Assembly: GCA_902774155.1 (NCBI GenBank)
Contig: CACYHF010000006.1
Span: forward strand, 37,391 to 101,390
DNA length: 64,000 bases
Source of the DNA: an uncultured Bacteroidia bacterium
GTDB lineage: Bacteria; Bacteroidota; Bacteroidia; Bacteroidales; UBA932
Direction of reading: 5' to 3'
Shown here piece by piece: positions 31,054 through 40,227 of this stretch (position 1 is the stretch's first letter; each line of letters begins with the position of its first letter). The notes beneath the pieces are model-generated. The model did no database searches, was not told where the DNA came from, and worked only from the letters and a program-made list of their open reading frames with translations. Made by a program: the position numbers and the translations under genes.

Positions 31054-31889
31054 AAGTCCTGGTAACCGGAGCCAACGGCCAGTTAGGGATGAGCCTGAGG
31101 AGGATTGCATCCTTCCTTTTCACCGATGTGGAAGAGCTGGACATCACGGACCTGGCGGCCGTGCGGAATATGGTGGCCCGGGAACAGGTGGATTGTATTG
31201 TAAACTGTGCGGCCTATACCAACGTAGATGCGGCCGAAGATAATCCCGCGCTGGCGGAACTCCTGAACGCCAGGGCCGTGGAGAATCTGGCCGTGGCTAT
31301 GAAGGAAGTGGATGGCTTGCTGGTACATATCTCAACGGACTATGTCTTTGGCGCAGAGGTGCTTAATACGCCCATCCCGGAGACACAGCATCCGGCGCCG
31401 CTGGCCGTGTACGGCCGTACCAAGTGGCAAGGAGAAGAGGCCATCCTGCGCAGCGGTGTGCGTCACATCATCCTGCGCACAGCATGGCTCTACAGCGAGT
31501 ATGGGAAGAATTTCGTCAAAACCATGTTGCGTCTGACGGCCGAAAAACCCAGCCTGAAGGTGGTATGCGACCAAGTGGGCACGCCCACCTATGCCGGAGA
31601 CCTGGCCGCCGCCATTCTCCGGATTCTGGAGAATCCCAGGGAAGGCATCTATCATTATACCAACGAGGGTGTCTGCTCCTGGTTTGACTTTGCCAAAGCC
31701 ATTGCCTCCCTTGCCGGGAACGATGCCTGCGACATCCAGCCCTGTCGAAGCCACGAATTTCCGTCCAATGTGCATCGGCCGGCCTATTCTGTCCTGGACA
31801 AAAGCCTGGTGAAAGCCACTTTCGGCCTGCAGATCCCTTACTGGCTGGATTCGCTCCGCCTCTGTGTGGCGCAACTCAAGGATCAATAA
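31050..31889 (+). CDS. rfbD: dTDP-4-dehydrorhamnose reductase
   Basis: TGANGQLG, NCAAYTNVD, ISTDYVF, YGRTK, DQVGTPT. Confidence 0.97.
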   Translation: MKVLVTGANGQLGMSLRRIASFLFTDVEELDITDLAAVRNMVAREQVDCIVNCAAYTNVDAAEDNPALAELLNARAVENLAVAMKEVDGLLVHISTDYVFGAEVLNTPIPETQHPAPLAVYGRTKWQGEEAILRSGVRHIILRTAWLYSEYGKNFVKTMLRLTAEKPSLKVVCDQVGTPTYAGDLAAAILRILENPREGIYHYTNEGVCSWFDFAKAIASLAGNDACDIQPCRSHEFPSNVHRPAYSVLDKSLVKATFGLQIPYWLDSLRLCVAQLKDQ

Positions 31890-33138
31890 CCAGCACGGCC
31901 AGCGTATCGCGGTTCACCGGAGGACCGGCCTGGAAATACACCACGGCCGATCCGCCTTTCCACGTGTGGATGGTGAGTCCGTTCCCGTCCGGATCCACGG
32001 TATAACTGTATAGCTCGGCCACGCGGGGATCATCGTCGTGAGCCAGCGGCTCTATGTACATAGGGGTTCCGGGCGGTTCTACTTCACACCAGAGATGGAA
32101 ATCATCGCCGGAACGGCATTCATTGTAGGCGGCCGGATGCAGGTTGAAGCGGGTTTGTCCTTCCAGGCCACTCTTGTCTACGCGCCAACTGTCTTCCTGC
32201 AGTCCGTCGCCTTCGGGCCGGACAGTAATCCGGTACCGGACATTCCTGAAAACGTCAAAGTTGTTCAGGTTCTCTCCCAGATAGAAACGGTAGATGAGGT
32301 ATTCTCCTGCACGGGAATGGAGCGAGGGGGAGTTATATTCGGCCCTGAGCTCAATATAGGAACAGACTTCCTGATAGCGGCCGTCGGTGAATACCTTTCC
32401 GCTGTCGGTGGTAACGTGCTCCAGAAGGTCTCCCTGGGCATTTTCCAGCAAATACACGTTCACAGGGCCGCTCATTCCCAGGGTTTCGTCCTGGTTCAAG
32501 GCCGCTACCTGCGACCAGTTCTTCGTATAACCGTTGCCGAAAACCTGCGTGGCGCCTTCGGCCTTGCTGGTTCCGAACAGTCGCACGGAGTTGGGACAGC
32601 CGCCCACCCGGACTTCCCGTACGGTGAACGTGACCTCCGGGTTCAGGGCCCGCCGGTCGACGCGCAGTTCAATCTTCGCCATAAGCCTTTCCAGGGGGAG
32701 CTCGACCATTCCGTCCGCGCCCAGAGCCACGTTGTCCAGGTGGGCGGCCATCGGCATCCCCGGGGTGAATTCGTCGGGATAGGCCATGTGATAACGGTAG
32801 GAAAGCGCTTCCTCCAGCGAACGGCAGGGGAGTTCGTAACCCAGATTGGCGGCTGCCAGAATGGTATAGGGGACATCCTGCAGCAGGCGTGTCTTGTAAC
32901 AGACCTTCCCGTTTTCCAGGACCAATTGCCTGCGGGTAAGAAACACTTTCTCTTCCAGTATTCCGAAGGAATTGAAAATGAGAAGGTTGTAGTCTGTAAT
33001 CAGGGTTTCGTCCGGGTCAACGGCACGCGTGACGGCAGCACCGGTGGTTAAACAAATGGTTGAATTGATGCGCTTGTCGGGCGTTGTCATCCGCGTGCAC
33101 GCGACCAGGAACAACAATAGGATACAGGTTCTCTTCAT
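31876..33138 (-). CDS. Fimbrillin-like (DUF4906/FimB-Mfa2 type) lipoprotein
   Basis: Lipobox LVAC, TRA processing-type motif, LERLMAKIEL, YRFYLG...RNVRYRITV. Confidence 0.65.
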   Translation of the reverse strand: MKRTCILLLFLVACTRMTTPDKRINSTICLTTGAAVTRAVDPDETLITDYNLLIFNSFGILEEKVFLTRRQLVLENGKVCYKTRLLQDVPYTILAAANLGYELPCRSLEEALSYRYHMAYPDEFTPGMPMAAHLDNVALGADGMVELPLERLMAKIELRVDRRALNPEVTFTVREVRVGGCPNSVRLFGTSKAEGATQVFGNGYTKNWSQVAALNQDETLGMSGPVNVYLLENAQGDLLEHVTTDSGKVFTDGRYQEVCSYIELRAEYNSPSLHSRAGEYLIYRFYLGENLNNFDVFRNVRYRITVRPEGDGLQEDSWRVDKSGLEGQTRFNLHPAAYNECRSGDDFHLWCEVEPPGTPMYIEPLAHDDDPRVAELYSYTVDPDGNGLTIHTWKGGSAVVYFQAGPPVNRDTLAVLVIDP

Positions 33139-33141
33139 GTT

Positions 33142-34155
33142 TTAGTACGTAACCGTATAAGGCTCCCACTCTTCCCAGGGGAGCGTTTGGGTTTCCAGGA
33201 CAAAGGCGCCGCTCACCGTGGGGATGTCGGGACTGGGCGAACCCATCCGGCGCAGGGTGATGTCCAGTTCCACACAGGTGTCCGGTTTCAGATCCCCCAG
33301 GGGAATGGGATAGTAACAGGTAATGGGGCCGATGGTTCCCGCCAGCACCAGATGTGTTTGGGTGCCGGGGTAGCAGTAAAAGGTTTTCTCTGGGAAGATG
33401 CGCTGGAGGCCGATTTCCCCGCACCCGTCCTGCCACAGCATTTCCGGTTCTGGCAGCCGCCGGACAGCCACGCTGTCCAGGTAGCCGGGATTCATCCAGG
33501 AAACCGGTCCGTTGTCTCCTGTATCCAGTGGCAGGCATTCGGAGCCTGCGTAGGTAAGAAAGAGCTGTTGATTGTAAAAGGTACCTCCTACGTAGGGCCT
33601 TCCAATGAAATCACAGGAGACGGAACGGATCCGGATAGCGGTGAGCATAGGATGCAGCTCCAGCACGGCTTGGCGGGATGCGCCGTCGGGCAGCAGGAGC
33701 GTGCCATATAATAGGGGAGAACGGGCCGAATCCCGTTCCAGGGAGAAACAGTGTTTGCAGAGGTCGCCATAGGTGCGGATCCGGTTCCAGCTGTCTACTT
33801 CTCCAGTTTTGCCGGACAGGGCCACCAGGCGCTTGGCGCCTGTGCCCGAGAGCCCGTAAAGGGTCTGCTGCAGGTCGGTTACCTGCTGGTAGGAATCCAG
33901 CAGCTGTACGCCCACGGTATCGAAGAAGAACAGGTCTACGGCCTCCGGAACGGAACTCTTGGTGTCCAGGGAGAGGAGGACGGCCTTTGTGTTGGGCAGC
34001 AATGTCTCTTGCGTACACGAAGAAAAAAAGGCCGGCGACTGCAGGAAAGCAGCCAATGTTGCCGCAGAGGCGCAGCGGGCGAAATGCTCGAAGAAGTAGT
34101 GGTGTCGTGGTAAAGTCTTGAATGAAAACCGGCCTGTATTTTTGCTTCGTGTCAT
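33142..34155 (-). CDS. Fimbrillin-like lipoprotein (type V pilus accessory subunit)
   Basis: FSSC lipobox, TK motif, DLFFFD...LLDSYQ; co-oriented with the DUF4906-type gene. Confidence 0.55.
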   Translation of the reverse strand: MTRSKNTGRFSFKTLPRHHYFFEHFARCASAATLAAFLQSPAFFSSCTQETLLPNTKAVLLSLDTKSSVPEAVDLFFFDTVGVQLLDSYQQVTDLQQTLYGLSGTGAKRLVALSGKTGEVDSWNRIRTYGDLCKHCFSLERDSARSPLLYGTLLLPDGASRQAVLELHPMLTAIRIRSVSCDFIGRPYVGGTFYNQQLFLTYAGSECLPLDTGDNGPVSWMNPGYLDSVAVRRLPEPEMLWQDGCGEIGLQRIFPEKTFYCYPGTQTHLVLAGTIGPITCYYPIPLGDLKPDTCVELDITLRRMGSPSPDIPTVSGAFVLETQTLPWEEWEPYTVTY

Positions 34156-34213
34156 GGGCTGCTGTGTTTTGTCTGCAGCAAAGCTAAAACAGGCGCCACC
34201 ATTTCTCCAAGCA

Positions 34214-34305
34214 TCGTAAAAAAGAAAGTGTTGTTTCAGGTGATTTTCCGTGAAACAACACTTTTTCTGAAGGTAAATCGTAAGAAAAAATACACTTTCT
34301 TACGA
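34214..34305. terminator. Two tandem hairpins downstream of nqrF
   Basis: 14-bp IR at 34225-34238/34251-34264 and 10-bp IR at 34278-34287/34296-34305. Confidence 0.75.
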
Positions 34306-34321
34306 ATTCTTGGACCTTGGA

Positions 34322-35596
34322 CTAACCGCCGAAGTTGTCAAAGAGGATGCTCTCAGGGGCAACGCCCAGGCTGTCCAGAAGGTCGCAGACGCACTTGGTC
34401 ATCATAGGCGGACCGCACATAAAGTACTTGATATCCTCGGGAGCCTCGTGGTTCTTGAGGTAGGTTTCGTTCATCACGTTGTGTACGAAACCAGGGGTGT
34501 ACTTCACGCCGGCGGCATCGGCTGCCGGGTCCGGACGGTCCAGGGCCAGATGGAAGTGGAAGTTCGGGAAGTCTTTCTCGATTTCGGCGAAGTCTTCCAG
34601 ATAGAAGGCTTCCACCAGGGCGCGGGCGCCATAGAAGAAGTGCACTTCCTTCTTGGTCTTGAGGGTCTTGAACAGGTGCATAATGTGGCTGCGGAGGGGA
34701 GCCATACCGGCGCCACCGCCTACGAATACGTATTCCTGGCTGTCGGGATCGTCCTTCGGGAGGAGGAATTCTCCGTAAGGGCCGGAAATCATCACCTTAT
34801 CGCCCGGCTTGCGGGAGAATACATAGGTGGAAGCGATACCCGGAGGCACACCCGGCACAAACTTGAAGACGCCCTTGGGCTGGGTGCGGTCGAACGGAGG
34901 AGTTGCGATACGCACGTTCAGTTTGATGAGGTCTTTCTCGGCCGGATACGAGGCCATGGAATAGGCACGGATGGTGGGCACGGTGTTCTTGAACTTCAGG
35001 CCGGTGATGCCGTACTTGTCCCAGTCGCCCTTGTAGATATCGGCCACGCCCATATCGGAGAAGTCGGCCTCATACTCGGGAATGTCAATCTGGATGTACT
35101 CACCGGACTTGAAGTCGATGTGCTCGCCTTCCGGGAGTTTTACGGTGAATTCCTTGATGAAGGTGGCTACGTTCTCGTTGGAGATCACTTCGCACTCCAG
35201 CTTCTTCACGCTGAGGGCGCTCTCCGGAACGGCAATCTGGATGTTGTCCTTCACCTTCACCTGGCAGCCCAGGCGCCAGCCTTCCTTGATCTGCTTGCGG
35301 GAGAAGAAGCCCGTTTCAGTGGGAAGGATGGTTCCGCCGCCTTCCAGCACCTGCAGTTTGCACTGGCCGCAGTTGGCCTTACCGCCGCAGGCGGAGGGGA
35401 GGAAGATGCCGTGATCGGCCAGGGTGTGCATGACGTCGCCGCCGGGGGTCACTTCCAGTTCCTTGGTGCCGTTGTTGATGTTGATCTTAACGGTGCCGGA
35501 CGGGGTGACGGCGGCCTTGATGACCAGCAGGAGGGCCACCAGAATCAGGGTCACTACTGTAATGACGATGATGGAGAAAAGAATTGTATTACCCAT
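34322..35596 (-). CDS. nqrF: Na+-translocating NADH:quinone reductase subunit F
   Basis: PSACGGKANCGQC 2Fe-2S, RAYSMAS, GGGAGMAP, CGPPMM. Confidence 0.97.
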   Translation of the reverse strand: MGNTILFSIIVITVVTLILVALLLVIKAAVTPSGTVKININNGTKELEVTPGGDVMHTLADHGIFLPSACGGKANCGQCKLQVLEGGGTILPTETGFFSRKQIKEGWRLGCQVKVKDNIQIAVPESALSVKKLECEVISNENVATFIKEFTVKLPEGEHIDFKSGEYIQIDIPEYEADFSDMGVADIYKGDWDKYGITGLKFKNTVPTIRAYSMASYPAEKDLIKLNVRIATPPFDRTQPKGVFKFVPGVPPGIASTYVFSRKPGDKVMISGPYGEFLLPKDDPDSQEYVFVGGGAGMAPLRSHIMHLFKTLKTKKEVHFFYGARALVEAFYLEDFAEIEKDFPNFHFHLALDRPDPAADAAGVKYTPGFVHNVMNETYLKNHEAPEDIKYFMCGPPMMTKCVCDLLDSLGVAPESILFDNFGG

Positions 35597-35609
35597 AGTT
35601 TCGTCCTCC

Positions 35610-36206
35610 TTACAGTGCAATACCCATAAAGGTCATGAAGGCAAGGCCCATCAGACCCACGGTGATAAAGGTGATACCCAGGCCTTTCAGCGCGGCAGGA
35701 ACGTTGGAGTAGCTCATCTTCTCGCGGATGGCGGCCAGGGCCACGATGGCCAGGAACCAGCCGATACCGGAACCCAGGGCATACACGGTGGCCTCGCCGA
35801 TGTTCAGGAAGTCTTTCTGCTGCATGAACAGGGAACCGCCCAGGATGGCGCAGTTCACGGCGATAAGCGGCAGGAAGATACCCAGCGCGGAATAGAGTTC
35901 GGGAGAGAACTTCTCCACTACCATTTCTACGATCTGTACGATGGCGGCGATGACGGCGATGAAGACGATGAAGCTGAGGAAGCTCAGGTCCACCCCTTCG
36001 ATCAGGGCATCGGGTGCCAGCACATAGGTGTTGAGCAGGTAGTTGATGGGAAGCGTGACCAACAGCACGAAGATGACCGCGACACCCAGGCCAGCAGCTG
36101 TCTTCACATTCTTCGATACCGCCAGGAATGAGCACATTCCCAGGAAGTAAGCGAAGATCATGTTGTCCACAAAGATGGACTTGACGAATAAGCTAAGATA
36201 TTCCAT
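35610..36206 (-). CDS. nqrE: NQR subunit E
   Basis: [22 protein letters not shown]; operon position. Confidence 0.97.
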   Translation of the reverse strand: MEYLSLFVKSIFVDNMIFAYFLGMCSFLAVSKNVKTAAGLGVAVIFVLLVTLPINYLLNTYVLAPDALIEGVDLSFLSFIVFIAVIAAIVQIVEMVVEKFSPELYSALGIFLPLIAVNCAILGGSLFMQQKDFLNIGEATVYALGSGIGWFLAIVALAAIREKMSYSNVPAALKGLGITFITVGLMGLAFMTFMGIAL

Positions 36207-36218
36207 AAGGCGTCGGGG

Positions 36219-36833
36219 TTATTTTTCTTGCAGGTCTTTCTGGATGGAACGTTGCACCCACACGATGCATCCCAGCAGGATGAGGGCGAAGGGCGGCAGG
36301 ATCACCAGGTTGTTGGGAACATAACCAAAGCGGTTCAGGATGTCGATGCCGAACAGGGTTCCGCTGCCCAGGAGCTCGCGGAAGAAGGCAACGATGATGA
36401 GGATGAGGCCGTAGCCGGCGCCGTTGGCCACACCGTCCAGGAAGCTGGGCCAGGGCTTGTTGCCCAGGGCGAAAGCCTCGATGCGGCCCATCACGATACA
36501 GTTGGTAATGATGAGGCCGATATAGACGGACAGCTGCTTGTCAATGGCGTAGGTGGCTTCGAAGCTCTTGAGGACCTGGTCCACCAGGATTACCATCATG
36601 GCCACCACTACCAGCTGGACGATGATACGTACACGGCCGGGAATGGTGTTTCTCAGGAGCGAGAGGATGAGGCTGGAAATACCGCAGACCACAATCACGG
36701 AGAGGGCCATGACCAGCGCGCCCTTCAGGGTGACGGTAACCGCCAGCGAAGAGCAGATACCCAGCACCAGGACGGTAATGGGATTCCCCTTGAAAATGGG
36801 GTTCAGAATGGTTTCTTTCAGTTTTGCATCCAT
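36219..36833 (-). CDS. nqrD: NQR subunit D
   Basis: LGICSSLAVT, LIITNCIVMGR. Confidence 0.97.
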   Translation of the reverse strand: MDAKLKETILNPIFKGNPITVLVLGICSSLAVTVTLKGALVMALSVIVVCGISSLILSLLRNTIPGRVRIIVQLVVVAMMVILVDQVLKSFEATYAIDKQLSVYIGLIITNCIVMGRIEAFALGNKPWPSFLDGVANGAGYGLILIIVAFFRELLGSGTLFGIDILNRFGYVPNNLVILPPFALILLGCIVWVQRSIQKDLQEK

Positions 36834-36836
36834 GGC

Positions 36837-37685
36837 TTATTCCTCCTCACATTTGTGCTGTTCACAATCATGGGCCTCTTCTTTACAATCGTGGGCCTCT
36901 TTGCCTTCGCAGCAGGACTTCTGGCAGGATTTCTCCTGGGCCAGGAAGTACTTGGCATAGGCGGCGAGCCAGGTGTCGATGGCGGCATCCAGGCCCTGGG
37001 AAGTCATGGTGGCACCGGTGATGGCGTCTATCTTGTTGTCCGCCACGGACTTGCCTTCGGCATCCTTGGGAGCGCCACCCTTCACGATTTCAATGACATT
37101 GGCCTGGCCGAAATCGGCCACTTCGCCCACGAACTCCTTCTGGAAGGAAGGGTCGTCCTTGATCTTGGCACCCAGGCCGGCGGTCTCGGATTCGTGGTCG
37201 AAGTAGGCGCCGGTCATGGTAGCCGTGCCGTTCTCGAACGAGATGTATCCCCAGATGGGACCCCACAGGCCGGCGCCGTAGATGGGCACCACCGTGCGGC
37301 CGTTCTTGAAGATGAACACGGGGAGTTCGGGTTCGCCCGTCTTGTTGGGACCGCCCTTGATGTTGTAGTTCTCACGTTTGAGCTGCTTAGGGCTGTAGAC
37401 GTCAATGCCTTCCAGCTCCCTTACCACCTGACCGTCCAGGTTGATCACGAACGCCTTGTCAATTTCCTGGGCATATTTGTCCAGTTTGGCGGCATTGCCC
37501 AGCTTGTCCAGTTCGGCCTTGGTGCCGTATTGGGCGCTGGTGAGCATCTGGGAGATGGTTTCCGCCTTTTCGTTGGCATCCTGCTTGGCCTTGAGGCTTT
37601 GGGATACGAAGGCAAGGAGTGCAGCTACCAGCACCACGATAACAGTGGTGTAGATAACGGTATATACGTTGTTATTGGTATTCAT
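36837..37685 (-). CDS. nqrC: NQR subunit C with a Cys/His-rich tail
   Basis: GLWGPIWGY, HESETAGLG, DAITGATMTS FMN site. Confidence 0.95.
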   Translation of the reverse strand: MNTNNNVYTVIYTTVIVVLVAALLAFVSQSLKAKQDANEKAETISQMLTSAQYGTKAELDKLGNAAKLDKYAQEIDKAFVINLDGQVVRELEGIDVYSPKQLKRENYNIKGGPNKTGEPELPVFIFKNGRTVVPIYGAGLWGPIWGYISFENGTATMTGAYFDHESETAGLGAKIKDDPSFQKEFVGEVADFGQANVIEIVKGGAPKDAEGKSVADNKIDAITGATMTSQGLDAAIDTWLAAYAKYFLAQEKSCQKSCCEGKEAHDCKEEAHDCEQHKCEEE

Positions 37686-37697
37686 AGCACAGTTCCT

Positions 37698-38852
37698 TTA
37701 GGCGGTTAAAGCTTTTTTGGCACGGCGGCTGGTGTGTGTGCTCACTACGCAATGGTCGATGAGCGGAGCCATGGTGTTCATAAGCAGGATGGCCAGCATC
37801 ATGCCTTCCATATAACCGGGGTTCCACAGACGCACCACCACGGCCAGGGCACCTACCAGGAAGCCGTAGATCCACTTGCCGGTTTCCGTCTGGGCGGCGG
37901 TAACAGGGTCGGTGGCCATGAAGACGGAGCCGAAGAGGAAGCCGCCCATAACCAGCTGATAATAGCAGGGCACTGCCGTGGCACCGGCCAGTTGGCCCAG
38001 CCAGCCAACGAGGAGGCCGCCGGCGAGGGAGCTAACCATAATCTTCCAGGAGGCTACGCCGGTCCAGACCAGGATGAGGGCGCCGATGAGGATGGCGATT
38101 ACGCTGGTTTCACCGGTGCTGCCGGGGATGAAACCCCAGACCATATCCATAAAGGAATACTGGCCCACAGCACCTGTGGCGGCGTCGAAGGCGCCGTCGT
38201 GGGCGATGGCTAGCGGCGTGGCAGCGCTGATGGCATCCACGTCCTTAAGGGCGGGGACCCAGGTCTTGGAAACCCATACGCTGGAGCCGGACATGCTGGA
38301 AGGATAGGAGAAGAACAGGAAGGCGCGGGCCACCAGGGCCGGGTTCCAGATATTCATACCGGTGCCGCCGAAGACCTCTTTCACAAAGAGGACGCTGAAG
38401 GCCACGGCCAGGGCCACCATCCACAGCGGAACATCCACCGGGACGATGAGCGGAATCAGGAAGCCCGTGACGAGGTATCCCTCGTTCACTTCTTCGCCGC
38501 GGATCTGGGCGCTGCCGAATTCAATGGCAAGGCCCACTGCATAGGAGACCACGAACAGCGGAAGCATCCGGAGCAGTCCATACCAGAACATATGCCAGAA
38601 GTTCCAATCCAGTCCGTACAGGGTAGAAGTCTGGAGACCCACGTTGTACATGCCGAAGAGGGCCGCGGGAACCAGTGCGATCACAACCATGATCATCACG
38701 CGCTTGAGGTCGATACCGTCGCGTACGTGGGCGCCCTTAGCGGTAACGGTGCCGGGAACACGCAGGAAGGTGTCGAAAGCGTCAATAGAAGAGTGAAGCC
38801 AGTACAGCTTGCCGCCTTTCTCAAAAAGGCCAGGTTTCTTTTCGTCTGCCAT
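37698..38852 (-). CDS. nqrB: NQR subunit B
   Basis: HVRDGIDLKR, KEVFGGTG, DAISAATPL, MATDPV. Confidence 0.97.
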   Translation of the reverse strand: MADEKKPGLFEKGGKLYWLHSSIDAFDTFLRVPGTVTAKGAHVRDGIDLKRVMIMVVIALVPAALFGMYNVGLQTSTLYGLDWNFWHMFWYGLLRMLPLFVVSYAVGLAIEFGSAQIRGEEVNEGYLVTGFLIPLIVPVDVPLWMVALAVAFSVLFVKEVFGGTGMNIWNPALVARAFLFFSYPSSMSGSSVWVSKTWVPALKDVDAISAATPLAIAHDGAFDAATGAVGQYSFMDMVWGFIPGSTGETSVIAILIGALILVWTGVASWKIMVSSLAGGLLVGWLGQLAGATAVPCYYQLVMGGFLFGSVFMATDPVTAAQTETGKWIYGFLVGALAVVVRLWNPGYMEGMMLAILLMNTMAPLIDHCVVSTHTSRRAKKALTA

Positions 38853-38855
38853 AGC

Positions 38856-40148
38856 TTATGCCATTTCTTTGATCATGAGGTCGATACCCTTTTGGATAAT
38901 GGCCTGGATCTCGTTCTTGGAAGGGTCTACATAGTCGCACAGGGCGAGGTCTTCGGGAAGGACTTCATAAATGCCGAATTTCTCCATCTTTTCGATGTCG
39001 CCGGCCAGGCAGGCCTTGATGAGGTAGATGGGGAAGATGTCCATGGGGGTGACATCCTCGAAGCATTTGGTTTCCACGAAGGCGCGGGGACCGCCGTGCA
39101 GGTTGGTGTCCATGTTGTACCAGGAACTGCTGTGCACCTTGGGGCGGAAAGGCTTGGCCCAGCCGAACCATTCGCGCTCATAGCCTTCCTGCAGGAGGGT
39201 GAGCTGGTTCTGGAAGAAGCCCAGGTAACCTTCGGCGCCCAGGATTTCACCGGTGAGGACGTCGCCGCCGATGACGCGGACACCCTGAGCGGCAGCCGTG
39301 ATGGCTTTCACAGGGGTGCCGGAGAGGCACTGCACATAGCCGGTCTTAGGGGCGGCGGGGCCGGTGACGGCCACCTTGCGCGTGAGATCCAGCTTGCCGG
39401 TGTTGATGACATGGCCGATGGCAGCCAGGTGCAGCAGGGAGAGGGTCCATACAAGGTCGCCCTTCATGACAGGGGCGATGTGGCTGATCTGTACGCCCAC
39501 GTTGCCGGCCGGATGGGGACCGCTCACCGTGTGCAGCGTGGCGTTTTTCAGCTGGGCAAACGTATTGGCGCCCTTTTTTACGGAAACATGGACCGGAGCC
39601 ACCAGGGACAGTGCATCGATACCCGCCTGGATGTCCTTGAGGGCATCTCCCAGGGTGAATTCGAGGTCTGCGGCCAGGGGCGCCGTGGAGAAGGAGGATA
39701 CGAAAATTGCCTTGGGCGTGTCTTCGGGACCGGCCATCACGCCGTAGGGGCGCTGGATAAGCGCTCCCCAAAGGCCGCTCTTCAGGAGAAGGTCTTTGGT
39801 TTCGGCCGCCGATGCGGGAGCCTTGGTCCCGAAGTCCACGTACTCCTGCTTGGCATCGGCCTTCACGACAACTGCCAGCAATTTTCTCTTTTCGCCGCGG
39901 ACGACCTGCTGAACCGTGCCACTGACGGGCGAGGTGAGAAGAATCTCCGGACGTTGTTTGTCGGCCATCACGGGGGAACCTGCCTTTACGGTGTCGCCTT
40001 CCTTCACCAGCAAGCGGGGCACCAGGCCCTTGAAGTCGGTGGGTTTGACGGCAACGATGTCAGGACTCACGGTTTGGATGACTTCCGGGGCGGCAGCACC
40101 CTTCACGGGGATGTTGAGGCCCTTTTTCAAATCGAGATTGTTTGACAT
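38856..40148 (-). CDS. nqrA: NQR subunit A
   Basis: LKKGLNIP, SPVSGTV, GPHPAGNVG, EDLALCDYVDPSK. Confidence 0.95.
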   Translation of the reverse strand: MSNNLDLKKGLNIPVKGAAAPEVIQTVSPDIVAVKPTDFKGLVPRLLVKEGDTVKAGSPVMADKQRPEILLTSPVSGTVQQVVRGEKRKLLAVVVKADAKQEYVDFGTKAPASAAETKDLLLKSGLWGALIQRPYGVMAGPEDTPKAIFVSSFSTAPLAADLEFTLGDALKDIQAGIDALSLVAPVHVSVKKGANTFAQLKNATLHTVSGPHPAGNVGVQISHIAPVMKGDLVWTLSLLHLAAIGHVINTGKLDLTRKVAVTGPAAPKTGYVQCLSGTPVKAITAAAQGVRVIGGDVLTGEILGAEGYLGFFQNQLTLLQEGYEREWFGWAKPFRPKVHSSSWYNMDTNLHGGPRAFVETKCFEDVTPMDIFPIYLIKACLAGDIEKMEKFGIYEVLPEDLALCDYVDPSKNEIQAIIQKGIDLMIKEMA

Positions 40149-40227
40149 TATTGATATGGTTTTGTGTATTTGCTAAAATACTTCGCGAAGTTACGAAATT
40201 TTTACTAATTTCGCGTTATAAATATGG

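Noticed and set aside
29577-31889. rmlACD without rmlB as a novel pathway
   Set aside because: Split rml loci are common in Bacteroidota; rmlB is probably elsewhere in the genome.
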